64,000 nt of DNA from Octopus sinensis. Its lineage: Eukaryota. The translations under genes and the position numbers were made by a program. Numbering within the stretch: the stretch's first letter is position 1; each line of letters starts with the position of its first letter. The stretch is from NCBI RefSeq assembly GCF_006345805.1, contig NC_042998.1, forward strand, positions 115,940,001-116,004,000. Direction: 5' to 3'. The notes under the pieces were generated by a model, which saw only the letters and a program-made list of their open reading frames with translations, searched no databases and was not told the DNA's origin. Shown piece after piece: positions 13,608 through 27,969 of the stretch.

Positions 13608-14539
13608 ATATATATATAATATATATATATATATTCACGCAATATTACATAAATTCCCAAATATATTTACTTGTAAAACGATAAATTCGATTAAACTGAA
13701 GTTACTTTTTCATTTTACTTGTGTTGTAAGACTTGCTAATAAAAATATAGAAATAGAAATAAACTTTCTCTCGAACTTCAAACAGCTATAAGTTTTGTGA
13801 GATCATATATTGTTCTTGATACACGACAAAATAATAAAATTCTTTTATAATGTTTTTGAATTGCTTATTTATTGATTTCGCCGAAGTTCTGGAAATGCAA
13901 TAAGTATTGGATATTAGCTCAGAAACACAAACTCCTAGATTTACTGACCAATCAACAACTAACACTAAGTTTCTTGTAGCAAAAAAACGAAAGCTATTAT
14001 ATTTGAAACATACATAATGATAGAGGTCGACTGATTGATTGACTTGTCTTCAGTTTGATTTTGTGTGATCAATGTCTTTCATAAAATTTGATTTTGTGTT
14101 GCAACTCTCAGTTCTTTGAATTTTGTGCGTCATTCATTGCATACTCACACTCCGAGTTTCCTGATTATCAGTGTACGCGAAAACCAGTAAAAGCAATAAA
14201 TATTTACACTATATTGTTATTACTTCGGATACGCTCAACAGATTAAATTGTTGGAAAAAATATTCCTTACGGCGGGCTACAATAAGTAACCTTAGATACC
14301 GACAAGCCTCCTGTCGGTCTCTAATAACATTGTTATCTAAAGTAGTACTATGCTAGGTTTTATGCCTATTTCCTCTATCAATTTGTTCAAATCTTTAGGG
14401 ATAGCTCTTAAAACACCTATAACTATAGGGTTACATTTTACTCGCATTTTCTGTTGTCTTTGTAACTCAATAGCTATTTTACCGTTTTCTCTATAGCTCT
14501 CATATTGACTTTTTCATCATTTGGTTTTGTAAAGTCAAT

Positions 14540-15064
14540 TATCTCTTCTTCCAACTGTTAAAAACGGAGGAAGATCCGTGATGATCTACGGGGCTATATC
14601 TTCGAAATCCGCCGGCCCAATTGTTTTCATTCATGGCAGAATTAATATTGAAGACTATTGAAGCATTATATCTGATCAAATTTCTTCCGATGTTTGTGGA
14701 CCTGTTTCCGGAGGGAAATGCAAACTTTCAGGATGATAATGCACCAATTCACACAGCTAAAGTTGTTACTGAATGGCACGAGGAACATTTTAGTGCAGTT
14801 GAACATCATATCTGGCCACCACAGTCCCCAGATCTCAATATTATTGAATATTTATGGTGAATTTTAGAAAAGCAAGTAAGGAGTCATCATCATTACAAGA
14901 ACTGGCGACTGTTTTAGCAGAAGAATGGACAAAAATTCCTTTAGAAACAATTAAAACTTTGTACGAGTTCATACCTCGTAGAATTCAATCTGTAATTACT
15001 GCCAAAGGGTGTCCTAAATTTGTTTGAAATTTTACGGTGTTTCCATTATTTTTTCCAACCCCTG
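14540..15064 (+). mobile_element. 3' fragment of a Tc1-like transposon with D36E spacing
   Basis: [18 protein letters not shown]...[10 protein letters not shown]...[12 protein letters not shown]. Right TIR ...attttttccaacccctg is followed by TA. Confidence 0.87.
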
Positions 15065-15245
15065 TATATTTAAATGATAAACTTGTGGAAACGTTTACAG
15101 ATGTTTACAGTTCCAATGATGGATTGAGTCTGTAGACTTCGAATTAGCATTCTCCTTTCTGGGTTTGAGAAGCCTAATTACTTAACACTGGCATTTAAGC
15201 AGTGTGTTACATATCCCTGGACCCTAATTATGTATGCTTGTATCT

Positions 15246-15537
15246 TCTATGTTTTTATTATTATATATCTTCCACTGAAGAGGGAACCGGTTTTCAACAA
15301 AGATACAAGCCTTCATCTTTGGGATGTACTTAACACAGACAAATTCACATTTGAAACTTCAGAAAGGTCATGCATATTTTTACTGTTCAACTCAGAGAGT
15401 GGACTTAATGTACGAATCAGCCGGTTAACTTCTCTTTCTAGAAATCCCAGTTTATCCAGATTCTCCCTTAAGCATTTACTAACAAAACCTTGTGCTCCAA
15501 ATATTATTGGTATGTATATGAATTCATGGTCTGGATA
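15246..15537 (-). mobile_element. 5'-truncated 3' end of an R4/Dong-like LINE (same family as 61879-63917)
   Basis: Aligns by eye with 61900-62180 (cttccactga...aacaaagat.caa...aaattcacattt...aagcatttactaacaaa...tctggata). Truncated end abuts (TATG)n. Confidence 0.75.
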
Positions 15538-16005
15538 TGTATGTATGTATGTATGTATGTAAACAGAAAAAACAGCCAGCTAGCAAGATAGATGACAATA
15601 GAGATATAAATATATTGATATGCACGAACTTATATTATCAAAATGTTAACTGGATAACAAGACAGAGATACATGTCTTTGATTAGGTAATCAATGCAGTT
15701 CCAACGGAAAGTTGTGTAGCGTCGAACCTTCAATGAATAAACCAATATTGAATCGTCTCAATGACCCTCTCTTATAATAACCTCTTCACTGAAGGACTGT
15801 TGAGAGGGCCAGAGAGAGGGAGAGAGAGGGAGAGAGAGATAAAGATATATATAGAGAGTGATGTTTATAAGTTTGTCCTGATTGATAATTAGGACGATAA
15901 ATGTGGACGTTCGTAAAATAGATACGATTATTTTTTTTTTGATTGTGAAATATGATATAAATGAACGTATACAATAAAATTATAAAATTGTAAAGAAAAA
16001 CATAC

Positions 16006-16231
16006 CTCTAGGGGTTGCGATCCCGTATCCCTTAGAGTCTAGACGCCCACCCACCTGCATAAGTTCACAGTTTCTTTGCACGTTGTAGTCGATAATTGCC
16101 GACTCACCCAGGTAGGCGTAGTTACCCTTTAGAACACGGTCAATACCCTCTTGAGAGGAATTAACAAACACGCTTGGATCTGTAGAATCCATTACGTGCC
16201 ACATTCTTTGAAATATTGGAATTTTAGAGGT
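16006..16231 (-). CDS. Ionotropic glutamate receptor (kainate-type) internal exon: S2 ligand-binding lobe
   Basis: [14 protein letters not shown]...[48 protein letters not shown](G) matches the iGluR S2 motifs ([26 protein letters not shown]). Acceptor ctttgcag|ACC, donor AGAG|gtatgt; 226 nt. Confidence 0.97.
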
Positions 16232-16613
16232 CTGCAAAGAAAAATACATGAATATAAACGACAGAAATGAGAAGCATACATATAACATGGTAACAAACAG
16301 CTCAATTACATAGCAATTTTCAGTAAATCTAATGTGTCACATTCAGGTGTTGTAATATAATTATGAAATATGCAATATCCAGTTGGTTATATTATTCCCT
16401 GTAATAAAGAAGTTTGAAAAGATATTGCAGAAAAATATGATTGTTTTGACGGCTTATTTTACTCAACTGTATGTTGTCAAACACACGCACTCGAACACAC
16501 ACACACACGCACACACAAAGAGACAGACAAGTACACACTCACATATAAATATCTAGCAGCAGAAACGGAGTAACTCAAGGCCTTCGTGTTGCGTGCGTTA
16601 GCACTTATCAAGC

Positions 16614-16654
<41 letters not shown>

Positions 16655-16983
16655 TGCGATGGTTTCGTTAAGCAGTGTCGATTTTTACATTACTGTAAAT
16701 AATAAGCTTTATAAGCTTAAAGATTATAGCGATCACCGCGCAATGACTCTAATAATGGGGCATATAAGCCCTCGACAGAAAAAAAAATGGTTTTCACGTA
16801 CGCGTGGGACTCTTTGTTCACGCATCCAAGGTGTGCTACCGATTTCACCAACACATCAACCTGCTTTTTTTTTCACTGAGATTTAAAAACTATAATTAGT
16901 TCATAGTTGTTTTTGTAAACAAACTTTCATGTGCTTGCACTGCGATTGTTTTGTTAAGCAGTGTCGATTTTTACAATTAAAGT

Positions 16984-17363
16984 TGGAGTGGTTGTGTGGC
17001 AAGAAGCTTGTTTCATTATCACATGGTTTCCGTGACTTCTTGGTCAAGTGCCTTCTACTACAGCCTCAGGCCGAGCAAAGCCTTTTGAGTGGATTTGGTA
17101 GACGGAAACTGAAAGAAGCCCGTTGTATATATATATGTATTTATACGTATGTATGTGTGTGTGTCTGTATTTGTTCCCCCACTATCGCTTGAAAACTGAT
17201 GCTGGTGTGTTAACGTCCCCGTAACTTAGCGGTTCGGCAAAAGTGTCCAATAGAATAAGTAATAAGCTTACAAAGATTAAGTCTGGGGGTAGTTTTCTTC
17301 GACTAAAGGCGGTGATCCAGCATAACCGCAGTCAAATGTGTGAATGAGTAAACGAGTAAAAGA

Positions 17364-17364
<1 letters not shown>
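16984..17364 (+). mobile_element. SINE family A, near full length
   Basis: ggagtggttgtgtgg...gagtggatttggtagacggaaactgaaagaagcc...cttagcggttcggcaaaag...cgactaaaggcggtg. Confidence 0.85.
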
Positions 17365-17444
<80 letters not shown>

Positions 17445-17655
17445 CATACATACATTCATACACAGATATATATATATATAAAATAGAAATATTTCTATTT
17501 CTAAGTCTCTCTAAAGGAGAAGACTACGGCATCGGTACTGGATATTAATAGTTATCGCCTCTAGCTAACTATGTGACACACGTGTCCAGTATAATCTTCG
17601 AACACGGGAGGTCAGCCACTTCCCCTTGCTAGTACCGAAATCGATATATATATAA

Positions 17656-17692
<37 letters not shown>

Positions 17693-18769
17693 AGAAGTAT
17701 GAGACATCTGTAAAAAATATACTTGGGTTAAAGTGTTTGACTCAACCCTTGAAGATAGTGCCCCAGCCTCCCCTCAGTCGAATGGCAGTTATTTTACATT
17801 GTATATAAGAAATCCATGTTAAATCACAATTTGAAGACAAAACTATCGGTATTGTCTATCATGATTAAGTCATTACAACAATTAAATCGCAGTTACAGAG
17901 TGTCCCAGAATTAAGTGTCTATTTCAGTGGAATCAGGTAAATTTAAAAAACAAACAACTAGCCGAATTTTATGTAAAACAAATAGATTTATGAACATTAC
18001 ATCAAGACTTTATTGATAATTTTCGACATGTGCCCTTAAAAATTTAAAATCTATACTCAGCGCTGCGAAACACTTTTTGAAGCATTCCAGGAGTTATCTC
18101 CAGCAACTGCTAACTGAAAGCCTTCTTCAAGTTCAATTCCATCCGGGAGATGGAGTAGAGAAAATGTTTTCAGCCAATGAAAGCAAAACAACACAAAACA
18201 AACACCCACCAAAAGACCCCCAAAAAACACACATCTCTCGTGGACAGATTAGCGGAATCCAACAGCAATAAAACTAAACTTACAAATTCTCCAATTTTAC
18301 TGTATTTTGAGATGTATAAAATAAGGTGGAAATTTGTTGACCGACCTTCAAAATTATCATCAGTTGTAGAAAAGCTACATTGTTAGAGAGGATGTTTATA
18401 TTTAACCTATTTTGTTGTGAAATAATGTTAGTCTTTTGTATTGTACATATACACTATGAGGCTGTAAAAAAAAAAAACAACGTCTGATATAATAATTGAG
18501 AAACCCTACCCGAAGAGATACATAACTGATTAAATTTCTTTAAGTCTGTGTTTACAATTTTATATGATCGTTTGAAAGTTCTTTTATGATTATTATTTGG
18601 GAAAAGAGTGTTTACGGAAAACAAAAATCATTGAACATTATAATTCTTTACACTTGAGTTAACAGGAAATAATCCCATTTGAAAATACTGTAAAGAAACC
18701 GGATTGTTGACTTGTTCAAAAGAGTTAGTATGATATAAAAGATAAAAATATAAAATGTATAATTTATTT

Positions 18770-19075
18770 GTTGCAGTCATTGGGTTGTGGCCATGCTGGG
18801 GCACCGCCTTTAAGGGTTTTAACCAAAAATATCGACCTCTGTAATTACTTTTTAAGCCTGATATTTATTGTATCGGTCTCTTATGGCGAAATGCAAACTT
18901 ACGAGAACGTAAATAAACCAACACTGATTGTTAAGCAGTGGTGGGGGACAATCAGATTGACAGACATATACATATATATATGGCGGGCTTCTTTCAATTT
19001 CTGTCTACCAAATCCACTCATAAATTTTTGGAGAGCTCAGAGCTGGAGTAGGAGAGAACTGAGCCAAGGAACTTG
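18770..19075 (-). mobile_element. SINE family A, partial
   Basis: ggccatgctggggcaccgcc...ctaccaaatccactca, the reverse complement of family A. Confidence 0.75.
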
Positions 19076-19685
19076 AATGCAAATTTTTATAGGCGTAGTT
19101 TTAACTACGCCTATAAAAATATTAAATTGTAATGATATTAAACAAAACAATATCTTACTTACATCTTATTACTATTTCAACGGTACTATCACGAGCGGTA
19201 CAAGTCACCCTGTGTCGCACTGTATCTCAAGAATGATTCAGATATCTGAATGCATCTTATATTTTGTAAATTGCAAGTGAAGAGTAGCTCAGGATGCTTG
19301 TGGTATTACGTGGAATACACATGCAACTACATGTGTTCTACCCATTCATTGGGCTTAAAATATTTAAACTGACAAACCATTTACATATTTATTATTTTAC
19401 AATTGAATGTTGTAAGCCCTTCACATGTCGCTCATTTGATTATCTCACTCTCTTTCATATATAATGTCACACACCCGAATTTCTTTCTACAATGTCTTCT
19501 GCAGACTTTTACTTCTCTTCAAGCTAGCACGGCTTTCAATTTATTACATTCTTACAAACCCACTAAAACTTTAACTTATTATTTTTTATAGAATACAGTA
19601 TTTCATAACTTATTTCATATCTATTTCTGACGATTGAAAAAAAGAAAGAAGAAACTGAAATCAATATTTCTGAATTGGCTGATAC

Positions 19686-19726
<41 letters not shown>

Positions 19727-19974
19727 CACATGAAATGTTGTGGAGTATTATTTTTTCCAAGCGGTTTCGTGTACGATTGTGAGTGATTCGGACAGAATTG
19801 ATTTTATCATTGTAGAAATTAAAATACACATACTTTGCTATATATAAATAGAATAGCTTTCATTTTATTTGTGTATTAATAAAATAAGTTATTTGATATC
19901 AAAGATTTTAATCCTAAGACTATTATCCACTTACTGACAATTTACGTCATTGGATCGCAATGATATGCATACAT

Positions 19975-20565
<591 letters not shown>

Positions 20566-20574
20566 TATATTTTT

Positions 20575-20775
20575 TCTTTTATGTGTTTTAGTCATTTGAC
20601 TGCATTCATGCTGGACCACCGTTTTCAATCGAACAAATCAACTCCCCAGGACTTATTCTTTGTATGCCTGGTAATTATTCTATCGTTGTCTCTTGTCGAA
20701 CCGTTAAGTTACGGGAACGTAAACCCTCCAGCATCGGTTGTCAAGCGATGGTGGAGGACATACACAGACACACAA
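20575..20775 (-). mobile_element. SINE family A, 3' part
   Basis: gtcatttgactgc...catgctgg...cagcatcggttgtcaagcgatg. Confidence 0.75.
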
Positions 20776-20798
20776 ATATACACCCCCATATATATACC

Positions 20799-20830
<32 letters not shown>

Positions 20831-20831
20831 C

Positions 20832-20862
<31 letters not shown>

Positions 20863-20894
20863 CATATATATATACATATATATATACACCCATC

Positions 20895-20941
<47 letters not shown>

Positions 20942-21287
20942 ATATATACATACACACACACGTATGCACGCTAATATGAGAATGTGGGAATGTGTGCTCA
21001 ACACCGCTTTATTGAATAAATATTCTTTATTTTAAAATTAACAAGGCTAGTATTAGTTTCATGTCGAGCAATATCAGCAATTATCCAGCCTCCGACGAGG
21101 CTTGGAGAAGTTTGGATAAAATAACTGATTATACAGATCAAGGGAAACAACTCCTAATTGTTTTCTCTGCATCATTTCTGATCACGTTCAAATTTATAAT
21201 CATAAATATGAATACCTATGTATAAGCTCATGTACATCCATGCAGAATATCCATGTAGAATGTGTACACACTGCCCCCCACACTCTG

Positions 21288-21339
<52 letters not shown>

Positions 21340-21429
21340 CTGCGTCATGCATTTTGCTTGCGTTTGAGGGTGCGCATAACTTTTCCCATTTGCACCTATG
21401 TGCACATAATTACTGTGCGTCACATACAT

Positions 21430-21940
21430 TTCACATATTTTGACCTAAAACGTCTTCGATAGAGTTGTTAATTAATGGAATTGTTAATGTCATTAACGAA
21501 TTGTTTTCCGATTGGTGGTTAGGTTCTTTGGCAATATATGAGTTCTCTTTATTTGTTTTGTTGCACGGTAAAAATTTTCCTGTATTGAGGCTCATGTTCA
21601 TGTCTAGAAAATTATCTTCTTTAAAGTTAGTATTAATTTTAGTTCTTAGGTTTAGTTGGATAAATATTTTGCACAATTTTCTTCTTATCTTATCGATATC
21701 GTGTCCATTTTTGTTATAAAGCACTCAAAAGTCTCGCCGCTGTATATAGCAGGCGCGTTTCCATTATGTGTGCTGATAAATCTACCCTCAAAAAGGCTGC
21801 ATAAACTACAATGCTGCATTAGAAAGATTTGACTATAAGAGTAGTATAAATTATACTGAATCAAACGTAGATGGACTAAGAAGACGCACAGGCAGAGGAA
21901 ACTCTTATAGTAGAATCCCTCGTATAGTATGAACACAGTC
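21430..21940 (-). mobile_element. Penelope-like element reverse transcriptase fragment (decayed)
   Basis: IDKIRRKLCKIF.QLNL..KI.TN.K..NFLDMNMSL.TGKF.P.NK.N....YI...PNH resembles the Penelope RT C-terminal core (NFLDVTL...KP...SNHP). Confidence 0.65.
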
Positions 21941-21949
21941 ACTAGAATG

Positions 21950-22480
21950 GCCTAAAACTCAAAGATAACCTCTTTCCTCCCCCGCATAAATACCACAATT
22001 TCTTCGGCAGACATATGGTTAAAGTTATTTACAATTTTATCCCCATATAGTGTCAATTATATTCAGTCACGTTAAAAATAATATCCCGTAAAAGACCTGT
22101 AATTTTAGGTCCCCGGATAGCTGTTCCTTGAAGAAACAACTCACGTGTAAGGCCAACATTATGCATTTGAAGAGAATAACAAAACCCGATATAGAAATGG
22201 CGGGAAGCATCTTCAAAGATGGATATTAGCAGTATTCGGCTTCTTTCATTGAAAACAATAAAATACACACACTATGTTATCTAGCATGATATGGGCATTT
22301 AAAAGAGATGGTCATGAATAACTTCAAGATATACTGGCGTATTATAGCTACGGCCGGCAAATATAAAGTGCAGCAAAATGCGGGATTTGCATCAGCGAAA
22401 ACTTAAACATCATAACATGAACAGTGAACGATTTAAATATTATGGGTGAAACTTTCTTCCACTGCATGCATAAGGAAGAA
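21950..22480 (+). mobile_element. Penelope-like element C-terminal/GIY-YIG endonuclease fragment (decayed)
   Basis: Pieces FPPPHKYHNFFGRHMVKVIY, KTCNFRSPDSCSL, FK.GY...SF, NFKIYWRII...KY and KCGICISE.L.II...LN...E.FFHCMHK match the PLE endonuclease region in the expected order. Confidence 0.65.
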
Positions 22481-22797
22481 GTCACACATCGAAAGTTCAA
22501 GGATGACCCTTCACCAAATTTTCCAGCATACCCAACCTGGATAAGTTTCTCTCTGAACATCAAGTTTATGCATCATATAAATATTACGCATAAAAGACAC
22601 ATATCCCCGTAACTTTAAGATGAAATCCATTATTATACACCTATGTGTGAATTAAACACATTCATCACATCACAAGATATGCATAAACCCATCAAGACAC
22701 AAACGAATGAATATACAAATCCATGGACCAAATTTGGCGTTAAAAATCATGCGAATCTCCACAATAATGTGGGGACAAACTGACACGAACTAAATGC

Positions 22798-22830
<33 letters not shown>

Positions 22831-23176
22831 CTTGCGTGTATGTGTGTGTGTGTGTGTGCTTGTATGTGTGTGTAAGTGTGTGCGTACATATTCTGCATGG
22901 ATATTCTGCACGAATGTACATTTGCATATGAATGTGTATTCATATCTATATTATAAATATGAATGCGACCAGAACTAATGGAAGAGAGATATCGGGTGTT
23001 GTTTCCCGTAATGTGTACATTTACTTGTTTATTCCTCAATCCCATACAGCCTCGTGTAGCTTCGCTGCATTCTCATGCAAGATGGAGACGAGTAGCAACG
23101 TCCCAATATAACGGGGCTGATAATTGTTAAGAATTGTTGGGCATGAAATCAATGGTAACCTTGTTAACGAATTAGA

Positions 23177-23306
23177 TATTGTATGTATGTATGTATGTAC
23201 GTATTTATGTATGTATGTATTTATGTATGTATGTATGTATTTATGTATGTATGTATTTATGTATGTATGTATTTATGTATGCATGTATGTATATATACAT
23301 ACATAC

Positions 23307-23347
<41 letters not shown>

Positions 23348-23361
23348 TATAATATATATAT

Positions 23362-23457
<96 letters not shown>

Positions 23458-23465
23458 TATATATA
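23177..23465. repeat. (TATG)n then (TA)n compound microsatellite
   Basis: Direct reading. Confidence 0.95.
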
Positions 23466-24198
23466 AGCAAGGAAAAATTGTAAAATGGCAGAATGCTAAA
23501 TTGAAAGTACAATTTTTCCTTGCTTATCATTTCTCCACGTGCGGTTAACACAACCTCACCATTTATTGATCTATATATATATATTCATCAATGAATTCAA
23601 ATCCGTACCCATACGTAGCAGTTTTTACATGTGTAACTAGCTAACTACAGATTTTAGTTTCACCTCTACTTATCATTTCGTTTGCAGCGTATATCTTCAA
23701 ACATTGAATTCTTTCTGGTTGTTTATATACTGGCAGAGAAATTGCAAATTCTGACTATAATAAATGTAATTTAACTTCATATTCTGTGAATATTTTATTA
23801 AATCATATTGAACACAACATAACGCAGAATAATTATGCCAATAGTATGTGGACATTACAATATAATTCAAGCATACATAAATAAGCATTTGAAAGATAAA
23901 ATTTGAAGCCAAAGAACACATCGTTTCCTGATTTGCTAGGGTGTTGAACTAGAGACAAGTTGATATATTAGCGTTTGAATGCAATTTTGTAACATTGGAA
24001 GTCCGCTTTATAAAATGACAATGCTTGTTATTCCAAGAGAAATGTTATTAAAAATCATAAATCTATTTTGATTCATGACTGAATATATCTACAGCATATT
24101 TGAATGACATAAACATTAAGCAGAATACCATGTATTGTATTATTCAAGTGTGTTAGAATTGAACAGAAAGTAGGAAAGAGACAGAGAAAGGGAGAGAT

Positions 24199-24246
<48 letters not shown>

Positions 24247-24369
24247 TGAGCAAAGAAAAGAAGGAGAGTGAGGGAGTGCGTGTCTTTTTATTCCAGAGAC
24301 ATTCGAAATAAATCTACATTTTTATAGCGACATAAAAGTCCTAACAATATAAAAGCTCAGTGAACTTAC

Positions 24370-24587
24370 CTTGAAAAAAGTCATTGTTGATCCACCATAT
24401 AAAGTGCCGTATTTTATATCACTTTGTTTAGCTAGGTCATCTGCTCGCTCAATGGGTGAAGTCATCCGCTCCACAGTGAGAAAAGCGGCCAGATTGGCAG
24501 TGTAGGACGATATCATGATCAGTGTGAAAAACCACCACGTACCACTGACTAGTCTTGTAGAAATAGCTCTCGGAGAGAATTCGCAGC
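24370..24587 (-). CDS. Ionotropic glutamate receptor (kainate-type) internal exon: M3 gate and start of S2
   Basis: (G)[72 protein letters not shown] contains the invariant SYTANLAAF and the kainate-like STMTFF. Acceptor tctatttcag|GC, donor AAG|gtaagt; 218 nt, phase 1 to 0, in frame with the neighbouring exons. Confidence 0.98.
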
Positions 24588-25067
24588 CTGAAATAGAATA
24601 CAAAACGGTAGGAAAAGAGCATCGAGAAGAAAAGCAAATAGAAAAGCTTATTAAGTCTACAATATGTTATTTCTATATGCTTCTTGCTGCTTCTTGCTGC
24701 TGCTTGCGTTTACTCCCATCAAAACTCGAAGAAATGCCCTTCTAATTTTGAGGATGGTCACTAACGATGCAAGAGAGATTTGTTTTTTAGTTCATATTCA
24801 TCAAATGACCACGCAGAAGGAGCCTTATAATGGTTACAGCCGCTTGAATGTAACCATGGTGAAGCAGCGCCAAGTTAGTATTTGAGTGTATGTGAAAGGT
24901 ACGGGACTGGCATATGCATATATCTGTATAAATGTATATATATATGTATATGAATGCATACACACACAGTCATGTTCGTGTGTACACATAAATACTCGGT
25001 GAACGAATTAGTCTCATTTTCCACACAAACATACAGAAACCCCCACACACCGTGTATTGATGAAATC

Positions 25068-25245
25068 TTCGAGTCAAGACCCGGTGATTTCTACCTTCAA
25101 GGCATTGACAATCTAGTGGAACGTTGGCAAGAAGTCGTGAACAATGAAGGAGGATATATTATTGACTGATTTGTTAAAATTGCTGATAAAAAATCAAATT
25201 AAAATAAGTGGAAGGAAAGGAACGAATTCATCTGACAACCCAATA
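25068..25245 (+). mobile_element. Mariner transposon 3' remnant
   Basis: FESRPGDFYLQGIDNLVERWQEVVNNEGGYIID* is a typical mariner C-terminus, followed by the TIR-like end gacaacccaata. Confidence 0.72.
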
Positions 25246-25417
25246 TAATATATACTGCTTAGCACCAATCAGAAAGCAATAAAATCCTGTAATCCAACCC
25301 TCTCCGTCTTAACGGCTGTCTACTCCATCTATAAAAATAACTCGATAAAGCTCGATCAATAGAAGCCCTTATACAATAAATTATTCTCTTGTTATCACAT
25401 TATCTTTTAGGCTTATA

Positions 25418-25665
25418 CAGGGTGTTCGGGCTAAATTTGACGATTTTTTATGTCTCCTTTTCTCAGAATCCACTTGATGTATTGGTGAACAGTCAACAGC
25501 GTTGGATAACATATAAAGTGAAGTTGTAGAAAATTGAAGTTGAGAAAAAGTCAGCTGGTATGGAGCCGTATTGAGGTTTCTGGAGAATGTGAGGGCGGTT
25601 ACTTTGAATAAACTGTTATCTCCCGGCCATTATCTAGTTGATAGTTTTTGATTTGTTGAAATAGC
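25418..25665 (+). mobile_element. Short deletion derivative of the same maT family as 5027-5930
   Basis: TA|cagggtgttcgggctaaatttgac TIR, shared 5' sequence (tattggtgaacag.caac), then a jump to the C-terminal EGGYFE* and shared 3' UTR (aataaact.ttatct...atctagttga). Confidence 0.6.
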
Positions 25666-25761
25666 GTATTTTTGATGAGATATTTTGTTTTGAATCCCTG
25701 TTTGTTGCTTGATAAAATGTACTATCGTGCCAATGTATGTGAGAGCAAGAGAGAGAATGAA

Positions 25762-25794
<33 letters not shown>

Positions 25795-26150
25795 AAGGGA
25801 GAGAGAGAAAGAGAAAGAGAGAGAGAGCGATTGTGTGTAGTTTAGGGTAAAGAATTGTGTTTTCTTCTTGTTCTGCAAACTGTCCAATTTAATCCGAAAA
25901 ATTTGTATTAGTATCATCAATTACGTGATGGCTAAATATGGAACTAAATGCTAAGATGATATTGCACATTCACGTAGAACAGGAATTGCATATATTAACA
26001 ACATGTAGAATTCGAAACTAACAATAATACGATTTTGAAATGGTTAATATACTGCGAATTATCTGAATGACGAAACAGATAGGAAAGGAAGTGTAGTATT
26101 CTTTGTCTCTCTGTCTGTCTCTCTCTTTCTCTCTCTGTCTCTCTCTCTCA

Positions 26151-26185
<35 letters not shown>

Positions 26186-26599
26186 AAAAAACTTACAAAC
26201 AAAAATATATGCCAAGTTACATAGCCACATATAACGCAAACACAGACACATTTACTTGTGGAAGTACACATAATAACTTTAGAAACAAAAAGATATGCCA
26301 AGCTACATAATCACATATGATACACACACACACACTCACATACACAGAGATGTATATAACACACAGGTTCATATAAAATATTTGTATTTGCAACTAAAAG
26401 GCAAATCAGAGTTTACCAAAATTTAACTTGGCAGAGACTATTTATATTTCATACGTTAAAAAAAATTCGAAATGTCACAGCATTGCAGTTATTATTTTGA
26501 CGATAAAGCATTCACTTTATTTATTTACTGCAGGGTCGGGGTGTAGCAATGCAACCTTTTATTCATTTCTAAAACTTCATGTGTCCAAATATGCACGCA

Positions 26600-26639
26600 C
26601 AGAAATGACACACACACAAGCACACATATTCACATACGC

Positions 26640-26729
<90 letters not shown>

Positions 26730-26874
26730 ATATATATATATATTATATATACACACATATATATATATATATATATACACATATATATATATACACACAT
26801 ATATATATATATATACATACATATATATATACACACAGACGTACACACACACACAAACACACAAACACACACAT

Positions 26875-26912
<38 letters not shown>

Positions 26913-27056
26913 TTATATATATATATGGGCATACGAATGCACAATGAGATATAACCAAATGTAAAAATGCACAAAACTCTGGAAAGTTAGCCTATTGGAT
27001 TTATAAACTGAGACTTACATATCTATATGTAAACATACGTAAGAAAGAGTGTACAA

Positions 27057-27105
<49 letters not shown>
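26600..27105. repeat. Compound (TA)n/(CA)n microsatellite cluster
   Basis: Direct reading. Confidence 0.9.
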
Positions 27106-27111
<6 letters not shown>

Positions 27112-27393
27112 TATTCGTTTGAAGATGATGACTTGCTTTTGCTGCTTGTCTGCGTTTCTCGCTGATATGCATTCGTTCAGGTGACAGAGATTTTCTGAGC
27201 GAAACCATGCAAGCGAAAAATTTATAACGTATAAATAAACTCTGCCAAATATATTAAATGCTTACGAACACATACGTACCTCTGCAGCTCTGCATACATA
27301 CACGCACACTCTCACCACCCACTTATCAACATATACCTAAACGTATTTGTATATAGGTATAAATGTGCGTGCCCGCGCGTGTATATAAATCTA

Positions 27394-27428
<35 letters not shown>

Positions 27429-27866
27429 ACATGCACACAGTGCTAGCAATGTATGTATGTATCTACATGTATATATACATACACACATACATACACACAT
27501 ACTTATATATATATATTCGTATATGACACCATAATACACTCTAACGGACTCTGCATGCCGATGCAAAAGAAATTTATCATAATCCCAACTACAAACGCAC
27601 ATAAAAGTGCCTATAGTCACAAACTTTAGTATTACTCCTACACCCGCTGGCTATTGATTAGAACTTTACAAGAAGGACAAGAGAAAATGCAGAACAAACA
27701 AATATTTTAGCTAAGAGCCACAATACACAAACCACAACGGCACTGTATAATACAACGAACCAGCACTTACAAAATATCTTGCAAGTGTACATCTGTCCGC
27801 TGAAATGAAAGCAAATATTGGAAGAACACGAGCACGTTCCCTGAAGCTCACAAAGTATGTATGGAA

Positions 27867-27969
<103 letters not shown>

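Noticed and set aside
1-16005. Expected M4-containing exon of the receptor
   Set aside because: Manual scan for a phase-1 GS.. acceptor and a GG(I/V)F/WW motif found nothing convincing; it probably lies beyond the window edge. A translated search would settle it.
16003-16012. AGA G at the end of the S2 exon as an R/G-type editing site
   Set aside because: This Arg aligns with the K of GluA2 TPKG, not with the R/G residue a few positions later; not homologous.
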